DNA from: Chiloscyllium plagiosum
Lineage: Eukaryota
Length of the DNA: 64,000 nucleotides
Direction: 5' to 3'
NCBI RefSeq assembly: GCF_004010195.1
Contig: NC_057718.1
Span: 53,367,413 to 53,431,412, forward strand
A program made the position numbers and the translations under genes. The notes under the pieces are model-generated. The model was given only the letters and a program-made list of their open reading frames with translations, searched no databases and was not told where the DNA came from. Positions 1 to 12,200 of the stretch are shown one piece after another (the stretch's first letter is position 1; every line of letters starts with the position of its first letter).

Positions 1-418
1 TCATCCATTGTCCTTTCCACCGCTGTAATACTATCTTTGACAAGCAATGCCACACCTCCCCCTCTTTTACCCCCCCCTCTGCCCCTACTCAAACATTTAA
101 ATCCTGGAACCTGCACCAGCCAATCCTGTCCCTGTTCTAGCCATGTCTCCGTAATAGCCACAACATCGAAGTCCCAGGTACCAACCCACGCTGCAGGTTC
201 ACCTACCTTATTTCGTATACTTCTTGCATTGAAGTATACACACTTCAAGCCACTTTCCTGTTTACAGGCACCCTCCTTTGAAATTGATGTCATGTTCCTA
301 ACCTCCCTACACTCCAGGTCCTGCACCCTAAAGCTACAGTCTGTGTTCCCATACCCCTGCAGAGTTAGTTTAAACCCCTCCCAAGAGCACTAGCAAACCT
401 CCCACCAAGGATACTGGA
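1..418 (-). mobile_element. CR1-clade LINE fragment: ORF1 C-terminus and start of ORF2 AP-endonuclease (runs off window start)
   Basis: Minus strand reads ...ILGGRFASALGRGLN* (stop about 365-367), then GLKCVYFNARSIRNKVGE..WDFDVVAITETWLEQGQDW..GGKRGGGVALLVKD, the typical CR1 endonuclease N-terminus. Confidence 0.9.
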
Positions 419-1517
419 CCTTCTTCATCTATCATCCAAGGACATTGGCAGTGAACATGCACCAGCCACACCATAGCACTATTGCCCATCTCTAGCTCTT
501 TTATAATATATTTCACCAGCATTAGACTGCACTTTAGACCTCAGTGATAACTTTTGTTGTGATACTGTTGCAAGGCCTCTTTGCACACAGGGACAGGTGC
601 CCCCTCATACATCAGACAAGGGATCTGTTGAGTGGCACTGTGCTATGTCAATGTAACATCGAAATCATGTGTCAACAGCTTAGTGGCAAATGTACTAAAT
701 GTGTTTTAACCAAATAACCATATCCCAAGGCCTAAGGTGAGTAGTACTCAATCAAGTCAAGAGATATTGTTATCAGTCAGGGGATTCTGCCAGGTAGTCA
801 AAAACATTGTCCAATATTGGGAACAATATGTCTTATTTTCCAACAGAGTTGCAGATGTAGAGACATGGTTCTTGCTATTGAGAAGAGACAGGCCTTTTAA
901 CAAGGATTATCACTCATTATCAGCATATCTCTTCACTGCACTTTATTAATATACATTCTCCAATTCTGCCACCCATTGAATAGAAATTAGACGCTGAAAA
1001 TGAACCAAATGAAAATCAGAGCAGGTATCTGATGGCTTCAGCTTCCATATGCTCCTCCAGACCTCTACACCAACATCTTATGGCACAGTCCATGGGCAGT
1101 GCCACATTAGCCTGTTACTCATAGATGCTGGCATTTGACACATGCTAGATTACACCTTCACATCTCTGATCCACTTACAGTGTGCTGCTACACAACAATG
1201 CTGTACTTTAGAGTGCATCATTGGAGTGTTGCTGCAACGACACTTTGTATACAGGGATAGGCATTTCTCTGGGTTTACTGTTCGCACCCTCTGACCTAGC
1301 AGTTACCCGAATGCTCACAGTATCCCTGCCTGGCCTTGCCATTTTGTGCTTCCCCCTCAGTCAGAGCTAAGCAGCATGCAATACTTTTGTCCTGAATTAC
1401 CTTTGAGCAAAGACCCAAAACTAGGATGCATCTCAATGATTCTATGATTCCATGAACTCTGGGTTTTCAGTAGACATCAGTCTAGGAGGTGAACTAGTGC
1501 TATGTTATTCTTACACA

Positions 1518-1725
1518 TCGAACATAGAACACATAGAACAGGACAGCACACAGCAGGCCCTTCGCTCCACCATGTCTCTGCCGACCATGATGCAATTCTA
1601 AACTAATCTCATCTGCTTGCTCAAGGTCCATATCTGTCTGTTCCCTGCCTGTTCACGTGTCCACTAAATGCCTTTTAAACTTTGCTCACACATCTGTTTC
1701 CACCACCACTATCCTGGCAGCATGC
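1518..1725 (-). mobile_element. Old CR1-type LINE 3' tail
   Basis: catagaac repeat tail followed by 'caggcccttcgctccaccatgtc' hairpin region resembling other CR1 3' ends in the window. Confidence 0.65.
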
Positions 1726-1977
1726 AGCAGATGCCAGCTGTGTATGCAGCAGATGCAGCAAGCAAATGGCCAGGCCTCAAAGTCTAAGGAGAGTAGTCCG
1801 CACTGGTGTCCTGGGAGACACCCTTCATTCAGGAGGTCCTGGCACAATAAATCATGGGCAGCTTCCAACATCATTCCATGGACGCAAGCACATTTATTGT
1901 GTTGTTCTGGGCATCAGGGTCAGGATTCACAAATTAGTGAGATATGAGGAGCCATTGTCAGGCATCCAATCACCCAC

Positions 1978-2246
1978 CTGACTGGAGAAGATCATTGACT
2001 TTCTTCCTACACTTCTGGGCATTCCTCCAAATGGCTGAGACCACACTGATCCGGGTGGTAATCTCAAATCAGTCTGGCAGGGACTGATTTCATAGCCTCC
2101 TCTGCCAGTCTTGAGGGAAGAGTACGATCCTCTTCAGCATCATAATATCCATCAGAATATCCAAGTCCTAGTCTGCAAAGCAGGATGCTGATTTCCTCTT
2201 ACCTGCCATGCCCAAGGTAAATGCCACAAACAGTGCAGGGCAGCTC
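1978..2246 (-). pseudogene. Decayed Myb/SANT-like (trihelix) DNA-binding ORF, Harbinger ORF1/NAIF1-like, copy 1
   Basis: From ATG at 2209: MAGKRKSASCFAD*DLDILMDIMMLKRIVLFPQDWQRRL*NQSLPD*FEITTRISVVSAIWRNAQKCRKKVNDLLQS, ending at CAG|GTGGGT; three in-frame stops. Confidence 0.75.
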
Positions 2247-3084
2247 TGGACTGACAGAGCTTGACTGGGTGCACAAAGATAAAGGCAGTGGCACGTACCT
2301 CTGGCCATAGCGTGTGGGAGAATCAGTTCGGTAATTAATAAGGCAATTTTCGGCCAAAAACATAAAAGGGTCCTTTCAAGCCTCATTAAGAGAAACGCTT
2401 CACAAAATCTGATGAAAATTACACTTTGACATAATATGGTAAATTTCAGTCCTGGGTTTCTTTCTCTTGTGCAGAAATGAGGAGTTTAGAAATGTTGACT
2501 TAAAAAAGGCTGCTCTGTGAAGTAATACCACAAGCAGACAGTGCATGCAAGTGCTAAAGGGCTGCCTGCCGATTTGATCAGGACAAGCAGTCCCACAAAA
2601 AAAAGTAGAGCCAATAGATAATAGACTCAGTATTTTTGAGTGGGGTGGCATTGGGGTTGTTCAGGTGGGATATGGGAATGGTGGAGTGGAGTGATGGTTT
2701 TGGTGGTCAGATCAGGAGGTACAAAGTGTGGATATCATCTTGGGGGGGAGAGGGGGGGTGCGTGCTGTCTGAATGCACAAAGGAGTCCAGCAGTCCATCT
2801 CCCTCACTTCCTACCTTTCACTTCAAATAGTGAAAACGCAAACTCTTACTGACCTGCCCAGACATTATGGTATGAGTGTAAGATTGTTAACAAGCTCAAT
2901 TGCTCATTGATAATTCCTTATAAATTGTGTGTAGCCTATCAGCTTTGGAGCCCACCCACCTACCGAAATATATGAAATTGACATATTGACAACAGCTTTG
3001 CAATTCAAGATTATTAAGCTGGAATTTATACATTCATGGAACAGCAGTAGACCTGAATTACAAACATAAAATTCTAAGCAAAAG

Positions 3085-3480
3085 AAAAACAAACTTCCTT
3101 GAATTTATAATCTGTCACCTTCTCACTTCACTCCAAAGTATTTCATATTCAGTCAAATATTTTTGAAGAATTGTGAATGCTGTTACATATCAAAATGCAT
3201 TTGCTGTCTGTGTACTATGATCCCACAAACAAGAACACGATCAATTTGTCTTGATAGTTTAATCAAGGGATACGTATTGATCAGATTATGGGGAGAACTC
3301 TATTCTTCTCTAACCACTGCCCTGGGATTTTAATGTTCAGTTGAACTGGCTGGACTACCTCAGCCATAACTTTGAAGCCTTTCCTCAACACTGCATTAAA
3401 AGACATCTTTAATCTTAGAGAAGGACCTGAACTGTTGGATTTCAATGTGAGAGACAAGTTGTTGCCTCTGTATCTTACTG
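3085..3480 (-). mobile_element. Decayed Deu-domain SINE (SacSINE1/AmnSINE1-like)
   Basis: Reverse complement resembles the plus-strand copies at 9.3 and 52.2 kb (gatcccacaaaca, tttttgaag, ggggagaactc segments). Confidence 0.55.
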
Positions 3481-3756
3481 AAACATGAAATGAAATATAT
3501 GCCAAGTATATTTTGTTTAGTTCAGTCACACTGGTCACTTCTGTAAATCACTTCACATCCCCTATTAACCAGCAAACAACTTTGTATACTTAAATGAAAA
3601 TATATGCGTAACATAAATGCTTTTATGTGTAACAATTGTAATCTTGAAAATACTGTCATGTGTATTCTGAAAAATAATTTTGCATAATAAAATACAACTG
3701 TAAACTCGTCAATTAGTTTCTTAAAATGAACCAATGAATGGAGTACTATTTTTTTG

Positions 3757-4832
3757 AGAGATGTATTTGGAAAGACAAGGACTGATTAGTGATAGTCAAC
3801 ATGGCTTTGTGCATGGGAATTCATGTCTCACAAACTTGATTGAGTTTTTTGAAGAAGTAACAAAGATGATTGATGAGGGCAGAGCAGTAGATGTGATCTA
3901 TATGGACTTCGGTAAGGCGTTCGACAAGGTTCCCCATGGGAGACCGATTAGCAAGGTTAGATCTCATGGAATACAGGGAGGACTAGCCATTTGGAAACAG
4001 AACTGGCTCAAAGGTAGACAACAGAGGGTGGTGGTAGAGGGCTGATTTTCAGACTGGAGGCCTGTGACCATTGGAGTGCCACAGCAAATCTTAGCAGGAC
4101 TTATACACTTAATGGTAAGGTCCTAGGGAGTGTTGCTGAACAAAGAGACCTCGGAGTGCAGGTTTAAAGCTAATTGAAGGTGGAGTTGCAGGTAGATAGG
4201 ATAGAGAAGGCGTTTGGTATGCTTTCCTTTATTGGTCAGAGTATTGAGTACAGGAGTCAGGAGGTCATGTTGTGGCTGTACAGGACATTGGTTAGGCCAT
4301 TGTTGGAATATTGCATGCAATTCTGGTCTCTTTCCAATTGGAAAGATATTGTGAAACTTGAAAGGGTTCAGAAAAGATTTACATGGATGTTGCCAGGGTA
4401 GGAGGATTTGAACTATAGGGAGAGGCTGAACAGGCTGGAGCGTTGGAGGCTGAGGGGTGACCTTATAGAGGTTTACAAAATTATGAGGGGCATGGAGAGG
4501 GTAAATAGACAAAGTCTTTTCCCTGGGGTCAGGGAGTTCAGAACTAGAGGGCATAGGTTTAGGATGAGAGGGGAAAGTTATAAAAGCGACCTATGTGGCA
4601 ACCTTTTCAAGCAGAGGGTGGTACATGTATGGAATGAGCTGTCAGAGGAAGTGGTGGAGGCTGGTACAATTGCAACATTTAAGAGGCATTTGGATGGGTA
4701 TATGAATAGGAAGGATTTGGAGGGATATGGGCCAGGTGCTGGCAGGTGGAACTAGATTGAGTTGGGATATCTGGTCGGCATGGACAGGTTGGACCGAAGG
4801 GTCTGTTTCCATGCAGTACATCTCTATGACTC
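3757..4832 (+). mobile_element. 5'-truncated CR1/HER1-like LINE with internal deletions
   Basis: ORFs read SQHGFVHGNSCLTNLIEFFEEVT..YMDFGKAFDKVPH and LYRTLVRPLLEYCMQFWSL..WNELSEEVVEA; 3' tail ggaccgaagggtctgtttcc...tctatgactc matches the 43.6-kb element. Confidence 0.95.
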
Positions 4833-5169
4833 GAGATATATATTATTACCGTAGATCCCTTCTTCCATTTCTTGTTTTCTAGCCAGTAAATGCTAAGCCA
4901 ACCATGTCTATCATGAGAAGTTATGTTGTTTCCCAATCTGTGTGCCTTAAGTAGAAAGGAGAGATAAAGAGAAAATAAGGTCTTCTTCCTTAATCCTGAA
5001 GTTAAAGGGACTTGACTAGTCAAACTGTCAAATAAAATATATTACTCCATTTGTAATGCTTATATTCTGAAAAGGGAGCACCAGCTACTTGAGTATTCAC
5101 TTATCCAGTCCCCAGGTGGGTGTATTCCATGAATTGATATTAGCTTGAAAAGATATCATAAAGAAATCT

Positions 5170-5530
5170 TTAGGAACATAGAGACAGGAATAAAACATTT
5201 GGACTTGAACAGCCTTCAATCAGAAAATCTCTGATTCTCAACTAACATATATATATACTCACATCTCCTCCCAACCCTTCTTACTTTCAGCTGACAGAAG
5301 TCTATCAATCTCAGGCACAAACTAATAATTGGTCAAATTATTGTTTGTGGAAGTGACCCAAACTTCTTTAAACCTTAGCTTTGAATTTCACTCCTGAAAA
5401 GTCTGATACTAATTTTTAGATCAGTAGAACCTAGTCCTACAGTTCCTAACTGATAAAAAGAGTCTTCTTTTATCTATTCTACTTATTTCTTAATAACTTG
5501 AAAAGTACAATTGCATGGAGTGCTTAACAT
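5170..5530 (-). mobile_element. Old CR1-type LINE 3' fragment
   Basis: gaacatagagacaggaata tail and degenerate similarity to the 11.1-kb and 59.1-kb fragments. Confidence 0.5.
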
Positions 5531-5597
5531 TATACACAATGGCCAATGTTTGTACATAAATAACATTCTCATTAGCCATGGCAATGGTTCGATATGT

Positions 5598-5948
5598 ATG
5601 AGGTCGAATCTCAGATGGTGATGAAACAGACTACAGACGGGAGGTGGAAGACCTGGAAAAATGGTGCACTGAGAACAACCTAGCTCTCAATGCTGGCAAA
5701 CCAAGGAACTCATTATTGACTTTCGGCGGGATGTTACTCATGCCCCCCTGCACATTAACAGCACAGAGGTGGAACGAGTGGAGAGTGTCAAGCTCCTGGG
5801 AGTGGTCATCAACAACAAGCTTTCTTCAACTCTTCAAATGCATGCACTGGTTTCAAAGGTCCAACAACGTCTCTCCTTCAGGCAGCTGAGGAAATTTGGC
5901 ATGATGGTGAATATCCTTGCCAACATTTATGGGTGCGCCATCGAGAGT
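5598..5948 (+). mobile_element. Rex1/Babar-clade LINE fragment (RT C-terminal region)
   Basis: DETDYRREVEDLEKWCTENNLALN and VERVESVKLLGV...KVQQRLSF.RQLRKFGM..NILANIYGCAIES match the Rex1-type post-RT region. Confidence 0.85.
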
Positions 5949-6551
5949 TCATGTTTGAAAGTGAACATTCCTGTCTACAGTTTCTTTCCCCGACAAGAAT
6001 CAATCCACCTTCACCTTAAAAATATTCAATATCCCTGCCTCCTCCTTTACGCCGTGAGGTGAAGTTCCAAAATTGTACAATCATCTCAGAGCAGAGAAAA
6101 ACTCTTCATCTCTGACATAAAAGGGCAATCCATTTTAAAATAGAGTCCTCTAGTTCTGACTCACCTACAGATGAGTGAGAGGCCTAATGAGTTTTCTTGT
6201 CCTATCATCTCAATCTTGCCTCGTTCATTATGTACTATGCCCCTATATCTCCTCGCTTATCCAATGTTAATCCAATCCTCCCACTCGCCATAGTCACAAA
6301 CATCATAATAATTGGTGGTCTCTCACAGACAATTGGTGGTCTCTCATAGGGTGGCTGTACAGACCGATATGACCACCACAGGTTCTGTTACACTTGGGGA
6401 CAGATGGAGGTCACAGGAAGTGGTGTTTGGGGCGTCTGTATGACAGCGTGCACCTTTCGCTGTTTTCGCTGGGCTTCCAATTATTCCCAACGGCAGGCCT
6501 CGAAGTGTTCAACATCATGACTGCAAGGACACCCTAGGATTTTTAGTTCCA

Positions 6552-6872
6552 GCACCATATTTAAAAGGATATTCCAAACCTCGTCACAAACAATCTGGAG
6601 CTGCCCTGCACAGTTTGTGACATTTGTCTTGGTCATGGCAATTGGAGCCCAGCTTTGTGGGCAGGGGTCTGAAGCTTTTAAGGACAGGGTGATGCAGAGG
6701 AGATCTGTCCTCTTTCCCCAGCACCAGCATGTTGGTAAGGTGTGAGATAGCACAGTGGCATGCAGCAATGTCTCCCATGCCTTGACTGATCACTGCTGAT
6801 TACCATAAGAAGAATCTTGCCTCTGTACGTGCGCTAAGAGGCAAGGCAAGGCATCCAAGTAGGCTCAAGGTG
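6552..6872 (+). pseudogene. Decayed Myb/SANT-like Harbinger ORF1-like cassette, copy 2
   Basis: Leader 6598-6640 (gagctgccctgcacagtttgtgacatttgtcttggtcatggca) closely matches the reverse complement of 2204-2246; translation includes DRVMQRRSVLFPQ; ends near AAG|GTGAGT. Confidence 0.65.
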
Positions 6873-7743
6873 AGTGAGCACTAAAAGAGATCTTTATAGA
6901 TCCCTAAGGTGTAGCCTGGTCTCATCTATGAGCTACGTTTCTTTTCCTATACCCAAAGTGTTTTTGCAAGAGCATAACAATGAGAGGTGCTGGTGTGCTC
7001 CAGTGTGCAGAACTGAATGCAGTACTGCAGTATAAATGGATTAAAGATTTGCCATGAAGAATCAATGAAACTGGTACATGTTAGATGCCAATGTCCATGG
7101 CCAGAGGGTGCTACACTTGTTGTACAAGGCGTGTGCCCTGCGATTTTGATGCCAGATATCCAAGATAGGTGTCTGGAGTCACCAGCTACCTGCTCTGGCT
7201 TTCATGTCAGGGATTCTAAGGATCCATTTCCTTCATTACATCTGATTTTTAGCTCTCAAAATAGGTACAAATCAGCTCACAAACATTTGCTGTCGCTTTC
7301 ATGTGAAAAATAATTTTCCAATGCTTTCCTGACTTCACACCATACTAATGCAAAGGTCTTATTTGGAAAATATACAAAGTCAGGAAAATTACATTTCCTC
7401 CTGCATGATATTTGTATGCACTAGCACATGATATTTGTATGTGCTGGTTCGTGCTTTATAAACCCTGACAGAAATTGCCTGCCTGAAGAGTTTGGGACTC
7501 CTGAGATTGTCCAGCTGATGAGTTGTGAGCATTATGAAAAGTAAATAGAAAATACTTTGACCCTTTCTAGTGTCATTGTTAGATTTGAGATTGTAATGTA
7601 AATGTGATTTTCATTCAAAGTTTCACTCGGGATCTGTCCTGCAAAGGTAAGTGGACCCTGAGCATGACTAATATTATGTTATTATCATGTGTTGCTGACT
7701 TTTCTAATTGGAAATAGAGTAAATAGTGTTAAAGCAGCTTTGT

Positions 7744-8050
7744 GGGCGGCACGGTGGCACAGTGGTTAGCACTGCTGCCTCGCAGCGCCAGAGACCTGGG
7801 TTCAATTCCCGCCTCAGGCGACTGACTGTGTGGAGTTTGCACGTTCTCCCCGTGTCTGCGTGGGTGTGCTCCGGTTTCCTCCCACAATCCAAAGATGTGC
7901 AGGTCAGGTGAATTGACCTTACTAAATTGCCCGTAGTGTTAGGTAAGGGGCAAATGTAGGGTATGGTTGGGTTGCGCTTCGGCGGGTCCGTGTGGACTTG
8001 TTGGGCCGAAGGGCCTGTTTCCACACTGTAATGTAATCTAAATCTAATCT
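7744..8050 (+). mobile_element. HE1-type (V-SINE) SINE, full length
   Basis: tRNA-like head (tggcacagtggttag...gggttcaattccc), V-domain tgtgtggagtttgcacgttctccccgtgtctgcgtggg, LINE-like tail gggccgaagggcctgtttcc and (aatct)n end. Confidence 0.95.
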
Positions 8051-9329
8051 TATAAAAGGTCTTTTGGAAAGTCCTCACAGTCTCTGCTATCATCTTTTGT
8101 GCAATGATTTAAATGAGCTATGGGTTCTGGCTGTTTTAAGAAAACTGCTTTTGAAAGTTGAAAAAGAAATCATTGCATCTGCATTCTTCCATTTATTCAA
8201 ACACATTGCTATGAACTGGAAATAGGACACTTTTTTTCTGACTGTTTCAGGCAATGAAGCCAAAAGATTTAACTCTGATGTCCGGAGCTATTATAAATGC
8301 AAGTTTCAAAGGCTTAGGTAGCATCAGCTCAGTAGATTGTCTATTGATTGAAAAATGATTCAAATATTTTAAGAGATTAAAAGTTCAATGTTTTTGCTTT
8401 GCAGTCATTATGGTTTTTCTTTCCAGGAGGAATAACCGTATCTTTGATGTCAATGACCTTTTGATCATTAGAGGTTAAAAAATGTTTTTGAATGATCTTT
8501 TAATAATATTGTGATTGTTATTACCTGGCTGCAAAGTGTTGTAAATTGTGCAAACTTTACGCCAAGTTTTAAATATACATGAGGGCATGAAGGTAGCATG
8601 TGATGGCATACAGAATCCGAGGATGCCTGGATAGCATTGGGTGTGAAAGGTTTTGGAGGGTGGGAAGTTTTATAAAAATGTTGGGAGCTGGGCTGCTGTG
8701 TTAGAGAATTGGATTGAATTCTGACAAACCCACTTCTGCACTCACACTCCTCACACACTCCATTGTAGCTTACAAATGCAGTGCATATATTGCCACTATG
8801 TGAAAACATGAAAAAAAAAGCCTCAGACCAAAATACATATAGATCAAATGTGCATTTTGGAAGGAGTTAAAGTGTGCAAATCAGATTTTCAATCTCACAC
8901 AATTCCAGTGTTAGTATCGCTTGCCTATTATTGACCTATTTTGTTGTCTATCTCTTAATCCTCAGCTGGTGGTATAGCTCACTGTGGTCTTAGTATTTTA
9001 TTTAGCTAACTCAATTAATAAAAGTTAGTGGCAAACAGTAGAAATGTCTTTTTCCCCAATTCCACATCATATATTACTGCCATCCTTTGCGTACTCAATA
9101 GACACTTCAATAGAAGGCTTAATGAAATCATACAAATTAAAATTGAAATTAGCCACTTGAATTTTCTTAATGATTATGCTTTAATTTTTGCTTGCAATCA
9201 ATGCAATCCATGCAGGAAACCAAACATAAACTATTTCGCAATGGGAATTAGTCTCTTCTCATGATTACACCATATTGCATATGCTTTTGAAATATTCATC
9301 TCTAACCTCTTCCTCTGTATTGTGGTCAC

Positions 9330-9700
9330 TGTGATGTAATTGGTAGAACTCCTACCTCTGAGTTAGAAAACTGAGGGCTTTAGATTCACACCAAAGATAC
9401 AAAAATCTAAACGAGCTTTCCAAGAAACTACAGAGGAGGCATTGCACTGTTGCTGGAAATAATAAACTGAAATCCTTTCAGATGGGCACAAATTTAAAAA
9501 GAAGAGAGAAGCTATGCCTGGTTTCCTGAGTAATATTTATACCACAATCAATATCCATTAAAAAAAAGATTAGTTGGTTATTATCACATTGCTATCTATG
9601 AGAGTTTGCTGCGGGCAAATTGGCTGCAGCATTTCCTACCTGACAAGAGACTAGGCATGTAGAAAGAAAAAATAACCTCATTGGTTATGATGTGCAGGGA
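9330..9700 (+). mobile_element. Decayed Deu-domain SINE (SacSINE1/AmnSINE1-like)
   Basis: ttatcacattgctatctatgagagtttgctgcgggcaaattggctgcagcatttcctac matches the Deu core; degenerate tRNA-like head upstream. Confidence 0.75.
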
Positions 9701-11029
9701 TTACAATCATTTTCTTGGGATGGAGGTGGTTACATGGGAGGTGAGCATTGTAGGGTGGAGAGATGAACATCATTAGAAGGGAATGGAGCAAACATTGCGA
9801 AGAATGGATGAACATTGCCAACAATGGGTTCGGGGAGTAAAGTTTTTCAGAATGGGGTTAGAGTGATGATAATCATTGCTGGAAGGGGACAAAACATTGA
9901 TGATTTATTCAGAGTTACGCTGGCTTTAAACCTGATATGAAAAGCAATACATAAAGTAAAAACCAGGTTAAGTATAGTGCAAACAGCCCAAGGCCCATGG
10001 CTCAATGTCAACTTGCTGCATAAGTACTTCAGATGTAAATGTATCCGAATGTACTCAGGGTCCTGGTACACCACAGCAACCTAAGTTCTGCTGGAAGTCT
10101 GTCCCAATATTGAAAGATTTGGGCCTATGCATTTTTAACTTCCTGCAGCGGAGATTCCTGCTTTAATGCTTTATTGAATAGATTCCAGCCCAGACAGGAA
10201 ATGAACCTTTAAGACACATACATGAATGGCCTGTGACATTCTGGCATAAAGGTACCTTCCTTAATTTCAATCACTCTTACAGAATAATAGAGTTTGTGCA
10301 ATGTATTCAGTCAGTCAGATATGTTTATGTAATGTACAGTGAAATTAGTAAGCACAGAATGTTGATTGTGTATACGTCTATGATATTGTAACAATGTAAA
10401 CAGCTAGTGTTGCTAACAAATTTCACAACGTGTTTCAAAAAGAACCCAGTCTTGGTGCAATATATCACATGAGTTAACATACAAGGCATTCGACCATATC
10501 ACACTGAACCCAAGAAAGCACATCATGGTGCAATGTCAGTCTTCCCTCCCTCCATCTCCAGCATTGAAAAGTACTGCAAAATGTATGGTCCAGGGTACAC
10601 CGAAAGATTCCACTTTAGATAATGGGGGAGAAAATCAGATTCTATCTGCCTGTTTTGAACTTGTAAAATGTGGACAATGTTTTTTAGTGTATGTCTCTTG
10701 CACCATCTGCATCAAAAATGTGTTAAACCTTGGACTAAGTCAGCCCAATTTAGTAATTCAATATACTCAGGTGAAACTTCCACTGGTAAAATACATGCGT
10801 GCTTTATACTCTACCATTGTGGCTGAAGGATGAGAAGGCAGAAGATGAACAATAAGTCAGGATCAAGATCTACAATTGCTGGCAAAAAAGGCGTGAAAGA
10901 AGATAAGGTGCAGAGCATCTTACTTAGTGAGTTTACAGGACTGGAACATTTTATTTCATGTTAAATGAGAAACAGTGTGGCCAAAATGATTTCACCAGAG
11001 AAGCTACTAAAAACTAAAAGCTGGGATAG

Positions 11030-11468
11030 ATCACTCAGCTTTTCAAGTCTGCTCCACGATTCAGAATGGTCATGGAAGATCCTCAATCTCAAAGTTCTTC
11101 TTGTGCCCCTTGATGCCTTTAAAATGTAAAACTTTTACTGTCATCTTTATTGAATATGTTCAGGGATTTGTCCTCCATGATCTTGTGTGGCAGAGAATTC
11201 CACAGGTCCACCAACCAGAGTAAAGAAATTTCTCATCATCTCACTCCAAATGGTCTACCCAATATCCTGAGACAGTGACCTCTGATTCCTGACGTCCTGG
11301 CCAGGGAAAACATCCTCTCCTGTATCTATTCTGTTAAGCCCTGTTGGAACATTATACATTTCAATCAAATCTTCTTTCATCTTTTAAATTCTCATGAATA
11401 TAGGCCCAGTTGAACTAGTCTGTCCTCATAAGATAGTCCTACCAACCTGAAAACAGCCAAATGAACCT
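11030..11468 (-). mobile_element. Old CR1-type LINE 3' fragment
   Basis: ggcagagaattccacagg, aagaaatttctcatcatctc and gggaaaacatcctc are reverse-strand CR1 ORF2 C-terminal motifs. Confidence 0.75.
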
Positions 11469-11797
11469 CATAGAATCCCTACAGTGTGGAAACAGGCCAT
11501 TTGGCCCAACAAGTCCACACTGATCCTCCGAAGAGTAACCCACCCAGACCCATTCCCCTACCCTATCACTTTACATTTTCCCTGACTAATCCACCTAACC
11601 TACACATCTCTGAACACTATTGGCAATTTAACATGGCCAATTCAGCGAACCTGCACATCTTAGGACTGTGGGAGGAAACCCACGCAGGCACAGAGAGAAT
11701 GTGCAAATTCCACACAGGCAGTCACCCGAGGGTGGAATTGAATCAGGTCCCTGGCGCTGTGTGGCAGCACTGCTAGCCACTGAGCCACCATGCCATC
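11469..11797 (-). mobile_element. HE1-type SINE
   Basis: catagaatccctacagtgtggaaacaggcc tail through ...gcagcactgctagccactgagccacc head. Confidence 0.92.
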
Positions 11798-11832
11798 GTC
11801 CGCTGCACTCCCTCTTTGGGAGTTTCTGTCAC

Positions 11833-12200
11833 TCTGGTTTCCTTCCACTGTCCAAAGATGTGCAGGTTAGGTGGATTGGTCATGCTAAATTACCTATAGT
11901 GTTCAGAGATGTGTAGGTTATGTGCATTAGTCAGGGGAAATGTAAAGTGATAGGGTAGGGGAATGGGTTTGGGTGGCTTACTTCTCGGAGGGTTGGTGTG
12001 GACTTGTTGGGCCAAATAGCCTGCTTCCTCACTGTAGGGATTCTATGAGGTTCATTTGGCTGTTTCCAGGTTGGTAGAACTGTCTTATGAGGACAGGCTA
12101 GTTCAACTCCCAGGACAAGGTGAGGAATGGGATGCTCTTCAGAGGGTCGGTATGGACTTGATGGGCTGAATGGCCTGTTTCCACACTGTAGGGATTCTAT
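11833..12200 (+). mobile_element. Headless HE1-type SINE body (inverted-duplication arm) plus a second HE1 tail
   Basis: 11836-12108 is the reverse complement of 11408-11680; a separate tail lies at 12120-12200. Confidence 0.85.

Noticed and set aside
2636..2765. G-rich tract with G-quadruplex potential
   Set aside because: Irregular G-runs with long loops and no supporting context
6310..6350. 21-bp tandem duplication aattggtggtctctca(c/t)ag
   Set aside because: Two copies only; ordinary slippage duplication
7744..7815. tRNA gene
   Set aside because: tRNA-derived SINE head continuing into the V-domain; no complete cloverleaf or terminator
7704..8093. Recurrent ORFs such as LDCGRKPEHPEETHADTGRMCKLHT and STAASQRQRPGFNSRLR
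   Set aside because: Read-throughs of HE1 SINE copies on either strand, not genes
9690..10190. Possible MITE-like elements with degenerate ends (also 43140-43340, 49020-49520, 61935-62380)
   Set aside because: Terminal inverted repeats and TSDs too degenerate to support by eye
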